This document shows, in pieces, positions 50,740-63,658 of a stretch of 64,000 nucleotides of DNA. Numbering within the stretch: the stretch's first letter is position 1; each line of letters starts with the position of its first letter. The notes beneath the pieces were generated by a model. It had not been told where the DNA came from, ran no database searches, and saw only the letters and a list, made by a program, of their open reading frames with translations. The stretch lies in contig CM052817.1 of the NCBI GenBank assembly GCA_028534125.1, positions 11,038,001 to 11,102,000 of the forward strand, written 5' to 3'. The DNA is from Lama glama. Taxonomy: Eukaryota. Made by a program: the position numbers and the translations under genes.

Positions 50740-51060
50740 GGGGCAGAAGCCACAGCGGAGCTGAGCTGCTGTGGCTGAGACAGCCACCTGAACCCCGGTG
50801 TGATCAATAATTGATTCAGAGAATGATTCCAAGGGCAATGGAGCCACAGCATGTGGACCCGAATCCCGGTGTCCTGCGTCAGGCCAGGCAGCCTCAGGCA
50901 ATGTGCCCCGTGCAGGCCTGCTAATAATTTTAACTCATTTCACGTGCACAGTTTGTTTCACCTCCCAAATAAATTAATTATGGAGAATTCAAAGGATTTT
51001 CAGAGGGGATCTTATTACAAACTGCACGTTCTACCCTACCAATCAATAGTCCTTTCACTT
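50740..51060. promoter_or_regulatory. Candidate enhancer (non-repeat, motif-dense)
   Basis: GCCTCAGGC (AP-2 type) 50891-50899, CACGTG 50941-50946, TGCGTCA 50875-50881, TAATTA 50975-50980, TTCAAAG 50988-50994, palindrome ATCAATAATTGAT 50803-50815. Confidence 0.4.
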
Positions 51061-51334
51061 TTACATAGCAAGTGGGAGAGTAAAAGGGATTGAAAAAAGA
51101 GAAAACCTTCCATTTCTCATTTCATCATCCCCAGCCTTGACAGTTAATGAGTTCTCTAAAACATTTTCAAACTCTCAATCCCCACTATGTGACCTAGGGC
51201 AAATTAAATAACCCCTCTGAGCCTCACCTTTAAAACATCTTTGCTTTTCCCTCCACCTTGAATGCCCATCACCCTTGTTGTCCATACGAGAAACTCCTAT
51301 TCCTCCTACAAAACCCTACTGCTTTCACAATGGG

Positions 51335-51575
51335 CAAGAGTTTGGCCTGGTGGTAAGAAGACCAAGCTTTAGAGTCAGACAATCCTGGATTCATATGCTT
51401 CTCCAGCAACTACTAGTGAGGGTGACTGTGGGCAAGGGCCTGAAACCTCAGTCTCCATTTTACAGATGAGGAAACTCACAGGTGGTTATGCAGAATAAGT
51501 GACAAAATGCATGTAAAGCCACTGACCACAGGACTGGGCACATGATACAGGCTCAATGCCTATCAGAAATTATTA
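51335..51575 (+). mobile_element. MIR SINE
   Basis: tagagtcagacaatcctggattca...cctcagtctccattt. Confidence 0.75.
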
Positions 51576-52258
51576 TGCACTTCTTTTTTCCACAACTATC
51601 TATGGAAAGTCTACTATGTGACAGTCACTGTGTTTAGACAGAAGCCTGCCACTAGCCACTGGTCCTGTGTAAACAGCATCTCTCAACCTCCCTGCTCTGT
51701 GTTCCTTCCATTACCATGTGTGTCACACTATATATTATATTTGGTGGGTCAGGGGACTCAGAGGGCAGGGACTGGCCTTATTTGGCTTTCCACACACAGA
51801 GCTTAGCATGGTCTTAAGGGCTGGTACTGCCAGTCACAGCACCCAGGAGGGCCCCTGGCAGCAGACAATCCATGAACCCCTAGACTGGTGAGGGCTGAGG
51901 GCTGGAGGAGGCAGAAGCCAGATCTTAGACGACCTTGCTGCATGCTGAGAAGCAATGAGGTTATTATGTAGCAGAGAAGTTCTCCTCAAAGGTTGCAAGA
52001 AGAAAGACACACTCAGACTCATATCCTAAAACAGATGCCCTGGGAAGCCAATGAAATGTCGTCTGTAGGACACTGTCGAGGCTGGAGAAGGACTGTAAGA
52101 ACTGGTGGTGTCTGATTCTGTTCTTTGTTGCACCCCCAATAGCTCACACATGGGAGATGCTCAGCAAGTATTTACTGAAGGAAGAAGGAAGGCAACCTAA
52201 GAGCCTGGAGATCACTTAGGAGATGGCAACGTGAGTGAGAAACCATAAGAACCTGGAC

Positions 52259-52438
52259 CAGTGCTGTCCAAGAGAACTTTCTGTGACGATGGAAATGCCT
52301 TGTATCTAAGGGGTCATGTGATGGCCAGTAGCCACATGGAGCTGCTGAGCTCTTGAGATGTAACTAGTGCCACTGAGGAATGAACTGAATTTTAATTAAT
52401 GTTAATTTAAATAGCCACATGAGTCTACCACAGCACAG
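52259..52438 (+). mobile_element. MER3 MITE
   Basis: cagtgctgtccaagagaactttctgtgacgatggaaatg...aatttaaatagccacatg. Confidence 0.85.
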
Positions 52439-52639
52439 ACCCATACTAAGATCGGGACCGCATAAATGGAGAGAGAGTATCGCCCAGTGGCTCTCTTGGT
52501 TTGAAATACCTAAATTTCTAAGCTTTATGTAAGTAATATTTCTTTTATGCACTTTCATTCATCACAACCCAATTAGGGTTTCTTATCAGCATGATGTAAT
52601 TTCTAATAAAAATTAAAAATTGGATACTCCAGTCAGCGA

Positions 52640-53070
52640 ATGATAATAGTAATTACCATTTCTCGAGTGATTGTTATATGCCTAGAATGGCAGTAAAGGG
52701 TGATGTTTGAGAACACAGGGTCTGGAGCCAGATGGCCTGGTTTTGAAAATTGATTCTGATTATATAAACTCTCTGTTTCCTTCTCCGTAAAATGATAGTA
52801 CCTATTTCATGACTGTAACAAGGATTAAATTGTTTGACACTTATAAAGAGTCTGGCACATAAGTGCTTAATTCATATCAGCTATGTTTGTGTTTTACATA
52901 CATTATTCCATTAATCCCCTCAATAACTCTCCAAAGCAGACGTTATCATTCCCAATTTGCAGATGGGGACACATAGTCAATGAGGATGACAGTAAATAAA
53001 TTATCCAGTGTCAAAATGATAGTAAGCACTACAGCCAGGAATCAAACCCAGGTTTATCTAAATCCAAAGT
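52640..53070. mobile_element. Two MIRs in opposite orientation
   Basis: Sense MIR at ~52700-52885 within or adjacent to an antisense MIR (52650-52700 and 52890-53070). Confidence 0.65.
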
Positions 53071-53084
53071 CCTGAACAAGCTGA

Positions 53085-54919
53085 CAACATATGAAATTAT
53101 AGTTTTCTTGGACATCAGGCAGCACAGAACAATAATCCATGAAAAAGGCTAAATAAATAGGGTAAGCCCTATAATTGCCCAGATTCCCCCTAGGAGAGAG
53201 TTTCCAGGCTGCAGTGCAGGGAGGGGAAAGCTAGGAGAAGCCTGCCAGTAATTCTGATTTGAGTTGATAAATTCAGGAGTCCAGGGAGGCCAAGGCAGCT
53301 AGAGCTTGCAGAACAGAGTTCCAGAAAGGAGAGAGCTTCACACACACAAAGAGAGAGAGAAACAGAAAGATGGAGAGAGAGAGGGTTCTGCAGACCTGCA
53401 CAAGGTCCCCATGAACTCTTCAGCTGAGAACTGATGATTTTGAGGAAACTACCGGAGACTGGGGGGGTGGGGGGATAAATGTTCTAAAGGAGCAGAGGGA
53501 TCATCACCAGGACCCAAAAAGAGCCAAGAACAGATTGCTTCCACAGTCTTGCCCTTCACGGGGCATCACTAGAGTGGTTAGAAAGATAACTGCCTCAGCA
53601 GTCAGACCTAAATTCTCCTCTCATCCTGCCTAACAAATTTTACATAGACTCTTTGAAAAGCTCAAACTGTTTCCACATAACTTAGCTGCATCCCAGAGCA
53701 AAGCTCAAGAATGTTTACAGAAATACAGAAATATCTAGCACCTCAAAAGGTAAAATCACAATGTCTGGCACCCAATCAAAAGTTGCCTGGCATGAATGGA
53801 TTATAGATCTAAATGCAACCTAGAAGACCTTGGGTATGGTGATACCTTTTCAGATATAATACCAAAGACACTATCCACAAACCAAATAACTGCTAGCCAG
53901 ACTTCATTAAAATTAAAAACTTCTGCTCTGTGAAAGAAAATATCAAGTGAATTAGAAGAAAAGCCACAAATAGGAGATATTTGCAAAAGACACATCTGAT
54001 GAAGGACTGTTAACCAAAATACACCAAGAACTCTTAACAATAAGAAAACAAATAACTAAAAACTGGGCCAAAGACTTCAACAGACACCTCATCAAAGAAG
54101 ATATACAAGTGGCAAGTGAGCATATGAAAAGCTACTCTACATCATATGTCACCAGAGAAATGCAAATTAAGACAATAATGAGAAACCACTACACACCCAT
54201 CAGAATGGCCAAAATCTGGAACACTGACAACACCAAACGATGGTGAGGATGCGGAACAGCAGGAACTCTCATTCATTGCTGGTGAGAGTGGAAAATGGCA
54301 CAGCCACATTGGAAGATAGTTTAGTAGTCGCTAAAAAAACTAAACATACTCTTACCATGTGATCTAGGAATCACACTCCTCAGTATTTACCCAAAGGAGT
54401 TGAAAACTTATGTCTACACAAAACCTGCACATAGATGTTTCTGCTGCTTTATTCATAATCACCAAACCTTGGAAGCAACAAAGATGGCTTCAGTAGGTGA
54501 ATGGATAAATAAACTGTGGTACATACAGACAATGGAATATTATTCAGCATTAAAGTAATTAAAGTAATGAGCTATTAAGACATGAAGGAATCCTAAATGC
54601 ATATTATTAAGTGAAAAGAAAGCCAATCTGAGAGGGCTACAAACTGTATGATTCCAACTATATCACATTCTGGAAAAGGCAAAACTATGGAGACAATTAA
54701 AAGGTCAGTGCTTGTCCAGGGGAGAAGCAGGGAAAGGGAAGAGGTGAATAGGCAGAGCACAGAGGAATTTTAGGGCAGTGAAAATATTCCATATATTATC
54801 GTGGTAGATATGTCATTATACATTTGTCCAAACCCATGGAATGTACACCAAGAGTGAACCCTTAGGTAAACTATGGACTTTGAGTGATGATGATTGTCAG
54901 TGTAGGTTCATCCTTGATA

Positions 54920-54962
<43 letters not shown>

Positions 54963-55465
54963 ACAAACAAACAAACAAACAAACCAACCAACCAACCATT
55001 CTGGTGAATGATGTTGATAATGAGGAAGTGAGGCTATGCATCTGGTAGGGGCAGGGGTATATAAGAAGTCTCTGTACCTTTCTCCCAATTTTATTGTAAA
55101 ACTAAATTGCTCTGAAAAATTACATCTTTATGAAAAAAAAACTTACTAGGCATGCAGAGAAACAGAAATGTACAACCCATAACAAGGAGAAAAAAAGTTG
55201 ATCAACAGGGACAGACCCAGAAACGACACAGATGAGAGAATTAATAGGTAAGGATACTAAAATCTTAAAAGCAGCCAGAGGGAAAAAATAAACACACATC
55301 AAATACAAAATAACAAAGTTAATAGAGCAGGCTTCTCACTGGAAACAATGCAAGTGAGAAGACCCTTGGGGCAACAACTCTAAGGCATTAAAAGAAAAAG
55401 CTATCAACCTTGAATTCTATACTTAGCAAATGTATCTTTCAAAGTTTAAACTGAAATAAAGCCTT
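53085..55465 (+). mobile_element. Old L1 5' region (53085-53794 and 55135-55465) interrupted by an L1MC1-like 3' segment (53795-55135)
   Basis: Inner element has ORF2 C-terminal and 3' UTR motifs; degenerate duplication aaaagttgcctggcatg / aaaacttactagggcatg at the junctions. Confidence 0.8.
54920..54998 (+). repeat. Compound (TAAA)n(CAAA)n(CCAA)n microsatellite
   Basis: Direct reading. Confidence 0.95.
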
Positions 55466-55860
55466 CCAACTGTGGGCTCATTGCCTCCAAGTTAGTAAAT
55501 GTGCAATAGTTTTTCTGAACCACTTGGACGTGCATGTTATAATATTAGACCCCTGGTTAGAAACCATTGACCTCCTCATGTTTAGGGTCTCAGAAAAGTG
55601 GAGGCAAGTTTATCACATAGGTCCCACTTGAGGGAATCACACCATGATACTTCTGGCTTGAAGTCCACATAGACCCTTCCTTGATAGCAGGACATGTGGG
55701 AAGGCAGTAAGCTGTTAGAAAATTCCTGGCTGGGAAAATGTGTTAATATGCTGCATGTACAGGTTATATACACTAGAGAATCTGTTTTCACTGCAAATCC
55801 ATTATGTAATGATTAAATGAAAAAAATAACTAGTAGCCATAATTTATCAAGCTCATACTA

Positions 55861-56550
55861 CTGTATTTCATGAATCTAACATGGCATTATTGTAAAACCT
55901 GCCTTGTTTTGTACCCTTTAATATATGCAACACTAAAAAAGAAAAGAACACTGCCCATTCAACAGTATAGTGCTTACTTCTCATTCCGAATTTTATCTGA
56001 ACGTACTTTTTAGATTCATCTTAACATGGACTCTTACATCACTCTTGTACAAACACAAAAAGGCATATGTATACAAGATAAACTGCCTAAGGTGTTTACA
56101 TTCTGTGTTTAACTCTTCTAATTCTTTTTTGACTCAGAATAGGAATGGCCGTTTTTTCCTTCGCATGTAGTGTCATCCTCTGTGCCGTCAAGCGCGTTGA
56201 CGATACAGCACTTCTTGAAAGAGTGGTGGGTGTGCTTTTGTCTCTAGGGCTATTCTTCCAAACCACTGACACCCACTCTGCAAGTCTTGGGGCTGCAATG
56301 ATAAAACGTCTTTTATCAAAGGAAGGTATTCAAATGGAAACCAGGACTTACGTTCGCTCTTTGAATGCTCCTAGAATAACAGCCAAGTCCATAGCTTTAT
56401 GAGCAATGACAACTACAATGCAACAGCCATCTGGCCGAGATCTACTGTAACATTCCATTGATTGTGGGGTATATCCCAGTTTCGGAGAAGTTAAAATACG
56501 AAAGAGAATTCTGAGGGCTAATGAAATAGAGTGGGTTCCAGGTACATTCA
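55861..56550 (-). mobile_element. TcMar-Tc2 (Kanga-like) transposon 3' fragment
   Basis: Terminus ta|ctgtatttcatgaatctaa; minus translation LAEWVSVVWK (frameshift) HSFKKCCIVNALDGTEDD is a pogo/Tc2 transposase C-terminal motif. The right boundary is uncertain. Confidence 0.8.
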
Positions 56551-57059
56551 TTCATCACTCAGCTGATACTTATTACACTGCTGTGGTATAACAGACACTA
56601 AATGAGGCATTGAATTACAGCAAAAAATAAATTGTAGACTGTCCCTGGAGGCAAGAAACAGCCGTCTCTTTTAACTCCCACAACAACCCTGTGAAGTTGG
56701 CATAAATATACTCATTTCACCGGTCAGGAAACTAGTGGTGGAGCTTGGACAGAAAACGAGGTCCTCCTACATTTACATGCATTCCACTAAAAAAATTTAA
56801 GATAATATAATACAAAACTGACCTAAACAGAGATTTAGCCATTTCTGCATAAAGGTTTTCAGCAGGTCTTTGAAAAAAGAATTGAAAATAAATATCAAAA
56901 GTCCACTCTATCGTAATTATTGTATAAAGTTGTGCTTACACTGGCAGTGTTCAGTGCTTGTTTCAGAGGATGGGGTGGAAATTCTCAACTAAACCATTTT
57001 AAAGTCACCAGAGAACATCTTGGATGTTACTGCAAGTGGGAGAGATAATTTGTATGGCT

Positions 57060-57310
57060 GTGGTACAGAGTAGCAATTAAGACCACAGACTCCACAGCTA
57101 GGCTGCCTGGGCCAAGATCTTGGCTGTTCTACCTACAGATGTGTGACCTTGGGCAGGTTATCTTCATACCACAGTTTCCTCCTCTGTAAAATGGAAGTGT
57201 GAACAATCGTATTTCCCCCATAAGCTGTAGGAAAGGTTACATGAATTAATATGTATAAAGCATTCAGAACAATATATTGCATATACTCAGCAATAGCCAA
57301 AAATATTATT
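57060..57310 (+). mobile_element. MIR SINE
   Basis: gtgtgaccttgggcaggtta...cagtttcctcctctgtaaaatgg. Confidence 0.85.
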
Positions 57311-58354
57311 AGACCCAGATTGGCATAATATTATACCTAAGTTGATGTCCCACCAAGATCCTGGTGCTCAGAAAGAGTGACAGGATAAGGCAGTAAGTGA
57401 ATGAATAGAAGTTGCTGTCACAAGAGGGATTTCTGGGTAAACAGCAGCACATTCCCCAAGCACTGCCCAGACAGACACTATGACCTCCCCCAGGCATACG
57501 CATCAGCAGGTGAGATCTAAAGGAAACTCAGAAATCATTCTGTCACTCACATAAAATCCAGCTCAGATTTTTAAATATCTTGCTAGAAGCCCAACTCTGA
57601 GTTCACTTAACCTTGAGTGAATATTTTAAACATTATTTCTACAGTGCCTCAGATTTCTTTGAAGTGGTAGCAGAGGAATAACTTTGAATTAATACTGAAC
57701 AAGTAGAATGGAACTGCTTAAGATCAATACGCACTTTTGTCCCTTACTTTATAATTAATGGAGCGTCCACTTTCCTTTGGCAACTACAGCTTACTATGGG
57801 GTGGGGGGAACCCCACAGGATGGGGAGGGGAGAAGCTGGTGAAATATACCACTTACATATTCAGTATTTTAGAGTCTCCTCGTTTTCTTGAGGCTTCGTT
57901 TGAGAGCTTCTGTCGCTGCTCCGTGTTTACCCACGTTGCTGAGAACAGTGACTGAAGCATCGTGAGTTTGTTTTGCAGTGAATTGAGATATGCATGTTAC
58001 AGTTTTTAAAGATGTTTAAAGAAGAAACCTTTTGGCTGCTGTCAGGGCAGGAAGGAAGGAAGCCGTGCTCTTTGGAGCCGCCCTGAGGAGCTGGCAGACA
58101 GAGGGCCAAGGGGAACAAATGCTGTAAACTGAAAGAGCAGAGAACGGAAAACAAAATTTGCTGCTGGAGCACCAAAGGTACAGTCAGAAGACCTGCATCC
58201 TGATCTGGAACTTGGGAATTCACAGTTGGTTTTGTCCACCAGGCAGCCATCCTTTATTTCCCCTTGAGGAGTCCCCCGTCTCTCATTCTCAGCTTGTGGA
58301 TTTCCAGTGGGACAGATTGCTCCCGTCCCTAAATGACCATGTACTCTTTCCTTC

Positions 58355-59810
58355 CAACGAGGGCGTTTGAGAGTAAATTTTTTAAAGTGATAATTGTATA
58401 ATCTTTGAACTATTTATTTACTGACCAATTGGTTTTATTAAATTGGTGAACCTATAAAATTATTCTATTCAAAATCTGTCTTCAAAAGTAAATTTTTTTC
58501 TAAAAGAAGTAGTAATTGGTGACCATTTAGAGCCAAATGGGAGGAAATTTTCTTTATGTTGATTTTCTGAACATTAAAAATAACAAACAGAATAATTACT
58601 CTTCACATATCGAGTACTTCAATCAATACCTTACCCATAGCTCTCTCCAGTAAAATGTCAAAGTTATTTTCTAAAGAATTAATGGCTTTATCATTTTTAA
58701 TGATTTCATAAAATTGCTTGCCCTAATTTTCCAAATTGCATTATATGTTTAATAAATTTGAAATTGTTGAAAGCTTCAGTTGATACTTGTCTGTAGATTC
58801 AAACATTTCTAATATCTGATTATGAGTGAGTAGCTAAGAAACAATGCATGTCTTGACATGCTGAGGGCTTTTTTAATCTGACACCAGCTTAATTACAAAA
58901 AAATGTGTAGTTCGGTTACTCAAACTGTATATGTACAAAAAATGTATAAAATTTAAAACTCTATTTTAATTAGTAGAATACCATGACTTTTCTGAATGTA
59001 ATTTTGAATTACGTGTACAATACAACCAATTCCAAGTAAAAAGAATTGCTCCATAGGTTTCAAAATTTAGTAAAGATATCACTTTACCTTGATATTGTGT
59101 TGCACCAAACATTGTATTTGTCTTACTACATTAAGACAAATAATTTTATCTTTAATGTTGAACTTTTGAACTTAATTTATAGGAGTCACCATATGTTAGA
59201 TGATTCACTTTCAATAGAATGAATTTCCAAATTTATTTAGTTTCCAATAATTGGGTGAAAAATTCAAACCATTATAGAAATTAACTAATTTTCTAATTGA
59301 AGCATGATTTCATGAAGAACATGAATATAAAGTTAGCACCATTTAACTCTTTCCAAAGTTCTTCTTAATGGAGTCAACCCATTAACAGCTGCCATATTAC
59401 TTTGTCTATTACACAGGAAAACCTGATACAGAAAGTAAGCAAATTTCACTCAGAAGAGCAGTCACTTTATCCAAACAAAGAGTCATGCATCACACCTATT
59501 GCCACAGCACACATTAATTCACCCTTATCAGCCACAGCATTACTAAAACAACTACCAACACTTGCAGTAGATTCCAATACTCCAGTCCGTTTGTGCCTCT
59601 GGTCTTCGTGTGGTCGGGGAACTATTATGGCCCCCATCGACAGTGGATGATAAATGTCAACAAATTTCTTGTACAAGTTAATCTTCATCATCAACTTTCT
59701 TGAGAAATGAAAATCCATTCTCTAATTTTTCACTAAACATTCCCTTTTTTAATCTCATTGCTGTTAAATGAATGAGAATATGATTATAAAATAGAAAACA
59801 ATGAAATAAA
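58355..59810 (-). mobile_element. hAT-Blackjack-like autonomous transposon fossil
   Basis: AT-rich; minus ORF 59467-59718 (STASVGSCFSNAVADKGELMCAVAIGV) and the following degenerate DCSS..FSC..VN.L residues resemble the Blackjack transposase N-terminal region. Confidence 0.6.
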
Positions 59811-60279
59811 TAGTTGCGGCTTCCACCACACAACAACTTACCAAGCCCTGGAAGTAAACTCATGCACACTATACTACACATGCTATACGCACACTTCCTC
59901 CACCTACTTCACGTACACTTGACCTGCAGTTTCTCATTGACCCTACCAGCTGCAGGCCTGGCACAAGCCACAGTACTTCTGTCTGGTACCTACAAACCAC
60001 TGACCAGCAGGGACGGCAGCATGAGAATCTTACCCCACTACCACCCAAGACCAAAAGAGTTAGCAAGCCCTAGCTGCTCCTCTCCAAGCATCCTGTTTGC
60101 TGTCCTCAAGAAGGTGTTGGTTACTTTGTGTCAGAAAAGGCTCAGGACTAGAGGATCATCATGACGGTGCCTTTCAGATTTAGCCGTGGGCTAAAGTCAA
60201 AAGTCTGATCACTGTATTTGCTTCTTTCATATAACTGCAGGAGTTCATAGTAAAAGTCAGAAATGCAAAGTGTAAGTCT

Positions 60280-60980
60280 ACCAAACCCATTGTTGTTTAT
60301 TTTAATGTCACTGTTAATGGTATTTTATTAAAAATAAAGAAACAAAGGTTAATACCAAACCACTTAGGAAAGCCAAGAGGTACACACCTGGGGACTGTCT
60401 CATGCAAACCAGAACACACAGTGGTGGTCACAGCTCCTAGCCTGGCTATAGGAGCACTGCCACCCCTGGGCCACAGTGATTGGTTCCAAGTTGAACACAT
60501 GACTCTTGTTGAGCCAATGAGAATCAGCTCCAGAGGGGAAGGTATAGCTCAGTGGTAGAGCATGTGGTCCTGGATTCAATTCCCAGTAACTTCATTAAAA
60601 AAAATAAATAAACAAATAAAAATATATCTAATTGCTTCCCCTCATAAAGAAAAAGAGAGAGAGAGAGAAAAAGAGAGAGAGAATCAGCTCCAAATGTTTT
60701 GCTGGAAGAGCTGCTTTCTTTCCACGAGGGTTGCTAAGCTGGATCTGGCAGTCATCTTGTCACCAGTGGAATAGCCTGCCTGAGAACAGAGCCAACACAG
60801 ACAGCGGCAGAGCCAGCAGATTCCTGATGGCATCAGTTGAGCACCAGGACTCACCTCTGTCCAGAGTGGACAAGACTGGGTCCTTGCTTTCACGAAGCTG
60901 AATTATATCCTTAGGAAAACGAGTCAAAGTAGAAGGCCATTTACAACTTGAGTAAGTTGATTGTTTTGCCTGAAAGTCAT
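60280..60980 (+). mobile_element. Old MaLR/ERVL LTR (MLT1K/L-like) hosting a SINE
   Basis: gggccacagtgattggttc...cacatgactc...gagccaatgaga motif. Confidence 0.65.
60533..60678 (+). mobile_element. Camelid tRNA-derived SINE lacking the anticodon arm
   Basis: ggtatagctcagtggtagagcatgtggtcctggattcaattcccag; perfect 14-bp TSD gagaatcagctcca at 60519-60532 and 60679-60692. Confidence 0.9.
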
Positions 60981-62311
60981 TAGCTATTTTATGATAAAAT
61001 AATAACGCAGGTGAGGTATTTAGTGGCATCAGAGAACACCGTGGGCTGCTGTGGTGGGCAAAGGCTGGATGGAGAAAGTAAAACCTCTACCAGATTTTGA
61101 AGAGTGAGAAGCAAGAGGAGAGGAGAGAGAACAGCCTGAGCAAAGTTCAAGGCAGAAATGAGCAGTGGCATTTGTGAAGCCATCTTCCTAGTCACATAGT
61201 TCCTATTCATCATGCAGCTGTAACTCAAGGCCAGTGTTAAAGGCTTGAACCATTGAAAGAGCCAAAGAGATGATCAGCAGGTCAACAAATACCAAATATC
61301 TACCTAGCACCTGCTGAGCCCAAGCAATTCTACTGGTGCCATGAAGGAAAGCAAAGGAGAATGAGACAAGGTCCTTAGTGTTCAAAGAACTTGAAGAATG
61401 ACTGATCCAATCGATGAGTGTTCAAAAATTAGTACAAAATAATGTAATGCTTTGCATATCCAAAAATAAATAGGTGCACTTCTATAAGGAGTGCAACTTA
61501 TCCATTCTGCCCTGTCAGAATCTTGAATATAGATGGTAGTCAGACCACTCCCATTCCCATCCTTTCCATTAGACATCCTGGCATGGCTCTTTTGTAATAT
61601 ATACATTGTGAAGAACAATGAAGACAGTAATTGAGCAAAAGTCAAATCACTAATAGAATGATAATTACATCGAATTTACAATGTAGTTTTCTTGAGCTTA
61701 TTTATATATAACCAAAATGACTAAAATAGAAAGATTTGACTATGGTGAAATTCTGGCTTTAACTATAATTCTCCTTTTTAGGGAACTATTTCTTTAGGAA
61801 AAGGAATGTCCTTGTCCTGATTTGATTGCTTGTGTCCCTCGTCCCACATTCTTCAAGGACCTTCCTTTAATTCCCAGGTTTACTCATATGCCAGGCTACA
61901 CTGGAAGGATGGCTATGCTGTACCACATGCACCAGCTCACTGAGGGGCGCTCTCTGTTTCTCTCTCTGCCGTTGCTCACAGGCTTCACCATCAGCTATTA
62001 TTACACCTAATTTGACACCACATAGATCCATGCAATGGTGGAACTTAAGGAGGCTCCCATTCATCCAATTATACTCTGCAAAATTTCCTGTTGCAGCAGC
62101 CTCTTTCTCCCAGTTGTGATGTCAAAGATTGGACCAATAATGGATTTTGGTTTAAAAAAAATTCTAAACCTTTCCCCAAATCTCAAAATTCTTCCACTAT
62201 TTTGGAGTGAAAAAACCCAAACTACTATTATTTGCTAATTTATGCCATCAAATATTTCCTACCATCTACAATTGTTAGAGTTTTGTTCTTTAACAATTTA
62301 TTGCCCACTTA

Positions 62312-62352
62312 TTAGGGTGATATTGGCACTTGTTAGGGTGATATTGGCACTT
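62312..62352 (+). repeat. 21-bp-period tandem duplication
   Basis: ttagggtgatattggcactt-g-ttagggtgatattggcactt. Confidence 0.95.
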
Positions 62353-63269
62353 CCAATAGTAAGTACAATTTAAATGGTACAAACAATAAATTCCACAGAA
62401 GTCTACCAAAAAAAAGAAAAAAAATCTGACCTAAACAAGTAGGTCACACAAACAGAGAGATCATTACAAAGTGTTCTATGTGCTGTGCAAAGAGCTACGG
62501 GAAAGACTAACCAGCATGAGGTAAGGTTTAATTTAGATTTGGAGGGAAGTTAGGATTTGATTGGGCAATAGGAAATAATCAAGATTTATCTTCATCAAAG
62601 GAGTCTGAACTAAAAAGTAGGTTATCTGAATATTGGGGCCCTGCAATAGGGTCTCAAACAACGACAGACAATTATGATGACTTCTAGGTCCCAACAGGTG
62701 GTGACCCTAGCAGGTCATGGGACTACGCTGTCGCAGATGGAGCCCTTCCAGAACCTGGGGCCTCATCCCTTCTCTGACGCAGGTTTACTATTTACTTTCT
62801 GCTCAAATTCACTCCTACCTCTGATGTCCCCCAAACTGTGATGCTGGCAGATCTCATTAGCTGTTTCAGGAACAGTCTTTGGGATACAAGTAGTCCCAGC
62901 CAGGCTTCTCGTTGACGAACTCAGTAGAACGTAAGAATAAGTGAAGTCTTGTAGAGTCGCAGTTGGTCGGTCACTTAGCCCTGTCACTCAGTCACTAAGC
63001 CATGACCTTGGTGTCCTTTCACCTGTTACGGAGCCGGGGGGAGAACTGGTCAAGGCTGGCATTTTCCCAGCCCAGGGCCAGCAAAGGGTGAAAACATAAG
63101 GGAGAAATGAGCATCCACGCCATAATTCTAAACTCTCCTCTCAATTGAACCAAAGGCAGTGTTTCTTCCCTGCAGGATTTCTCCAGGTCTTTATTAAAAT
63201 GCCTTTGTCTATTGGGAATGTCCAGGAAAGAAGTACATTATGCAATATTTTCTAATCTCATATGACTAC

Positions 63270-63657
63270 TGTGAGAGATTACAAAATTATTTGCCATGTT
63301 TCCAGTTCTCCTCCCTGAAGGAGGAACATACATTGCTACATTGATGCACTAAGAGCGTCCGTAGGCTTAACTTTCCCCACGACATGTGGAAGAAAGTTAT
63401 ACGTATTACTGCCTGTAGTCACGTCGGGGCAGAGGACTTAAAAGCCAGCTCATGGTTTCTCTTGTCTCTTCCCTCTACCAAGACAGTCATCAATATTCCA
63501 GAAACAGGCTGTTCTAGTGCCTGGGTCCTGGAAATGAGATGACACAGACTAAACCTTCAACCATTCCAACCAAACGTAGGACAAGCAAGAAATAATCAGT
63601 CATTGCAATTTAAGCCCCTGAAGTTCTATACTCATTTGTTATCAAGGCATAACTAGC
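63270..63657 (+). mobile_element. Old MaLR LTR (MLT1I/J-like)
   Basis: ttaaaagccagctcatggtt...cctgggtcc...ttaagcccctgaag...tttgttatcaaggcataactagcct. Confidence 0.7.
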
Positions 63658-63658
63658 C

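Noticed and set aside
62312..62338. Interstitial telomeric repeat
   Set aside because: Only two non-adjacent TTAGGG, produced by a 21-bp duplication.
62763..62987. Minus-strand 74-aa ORF in unique sequence
   Set aside because: Non-ATG start, no recognisable homology and no convincing splice boundaries.
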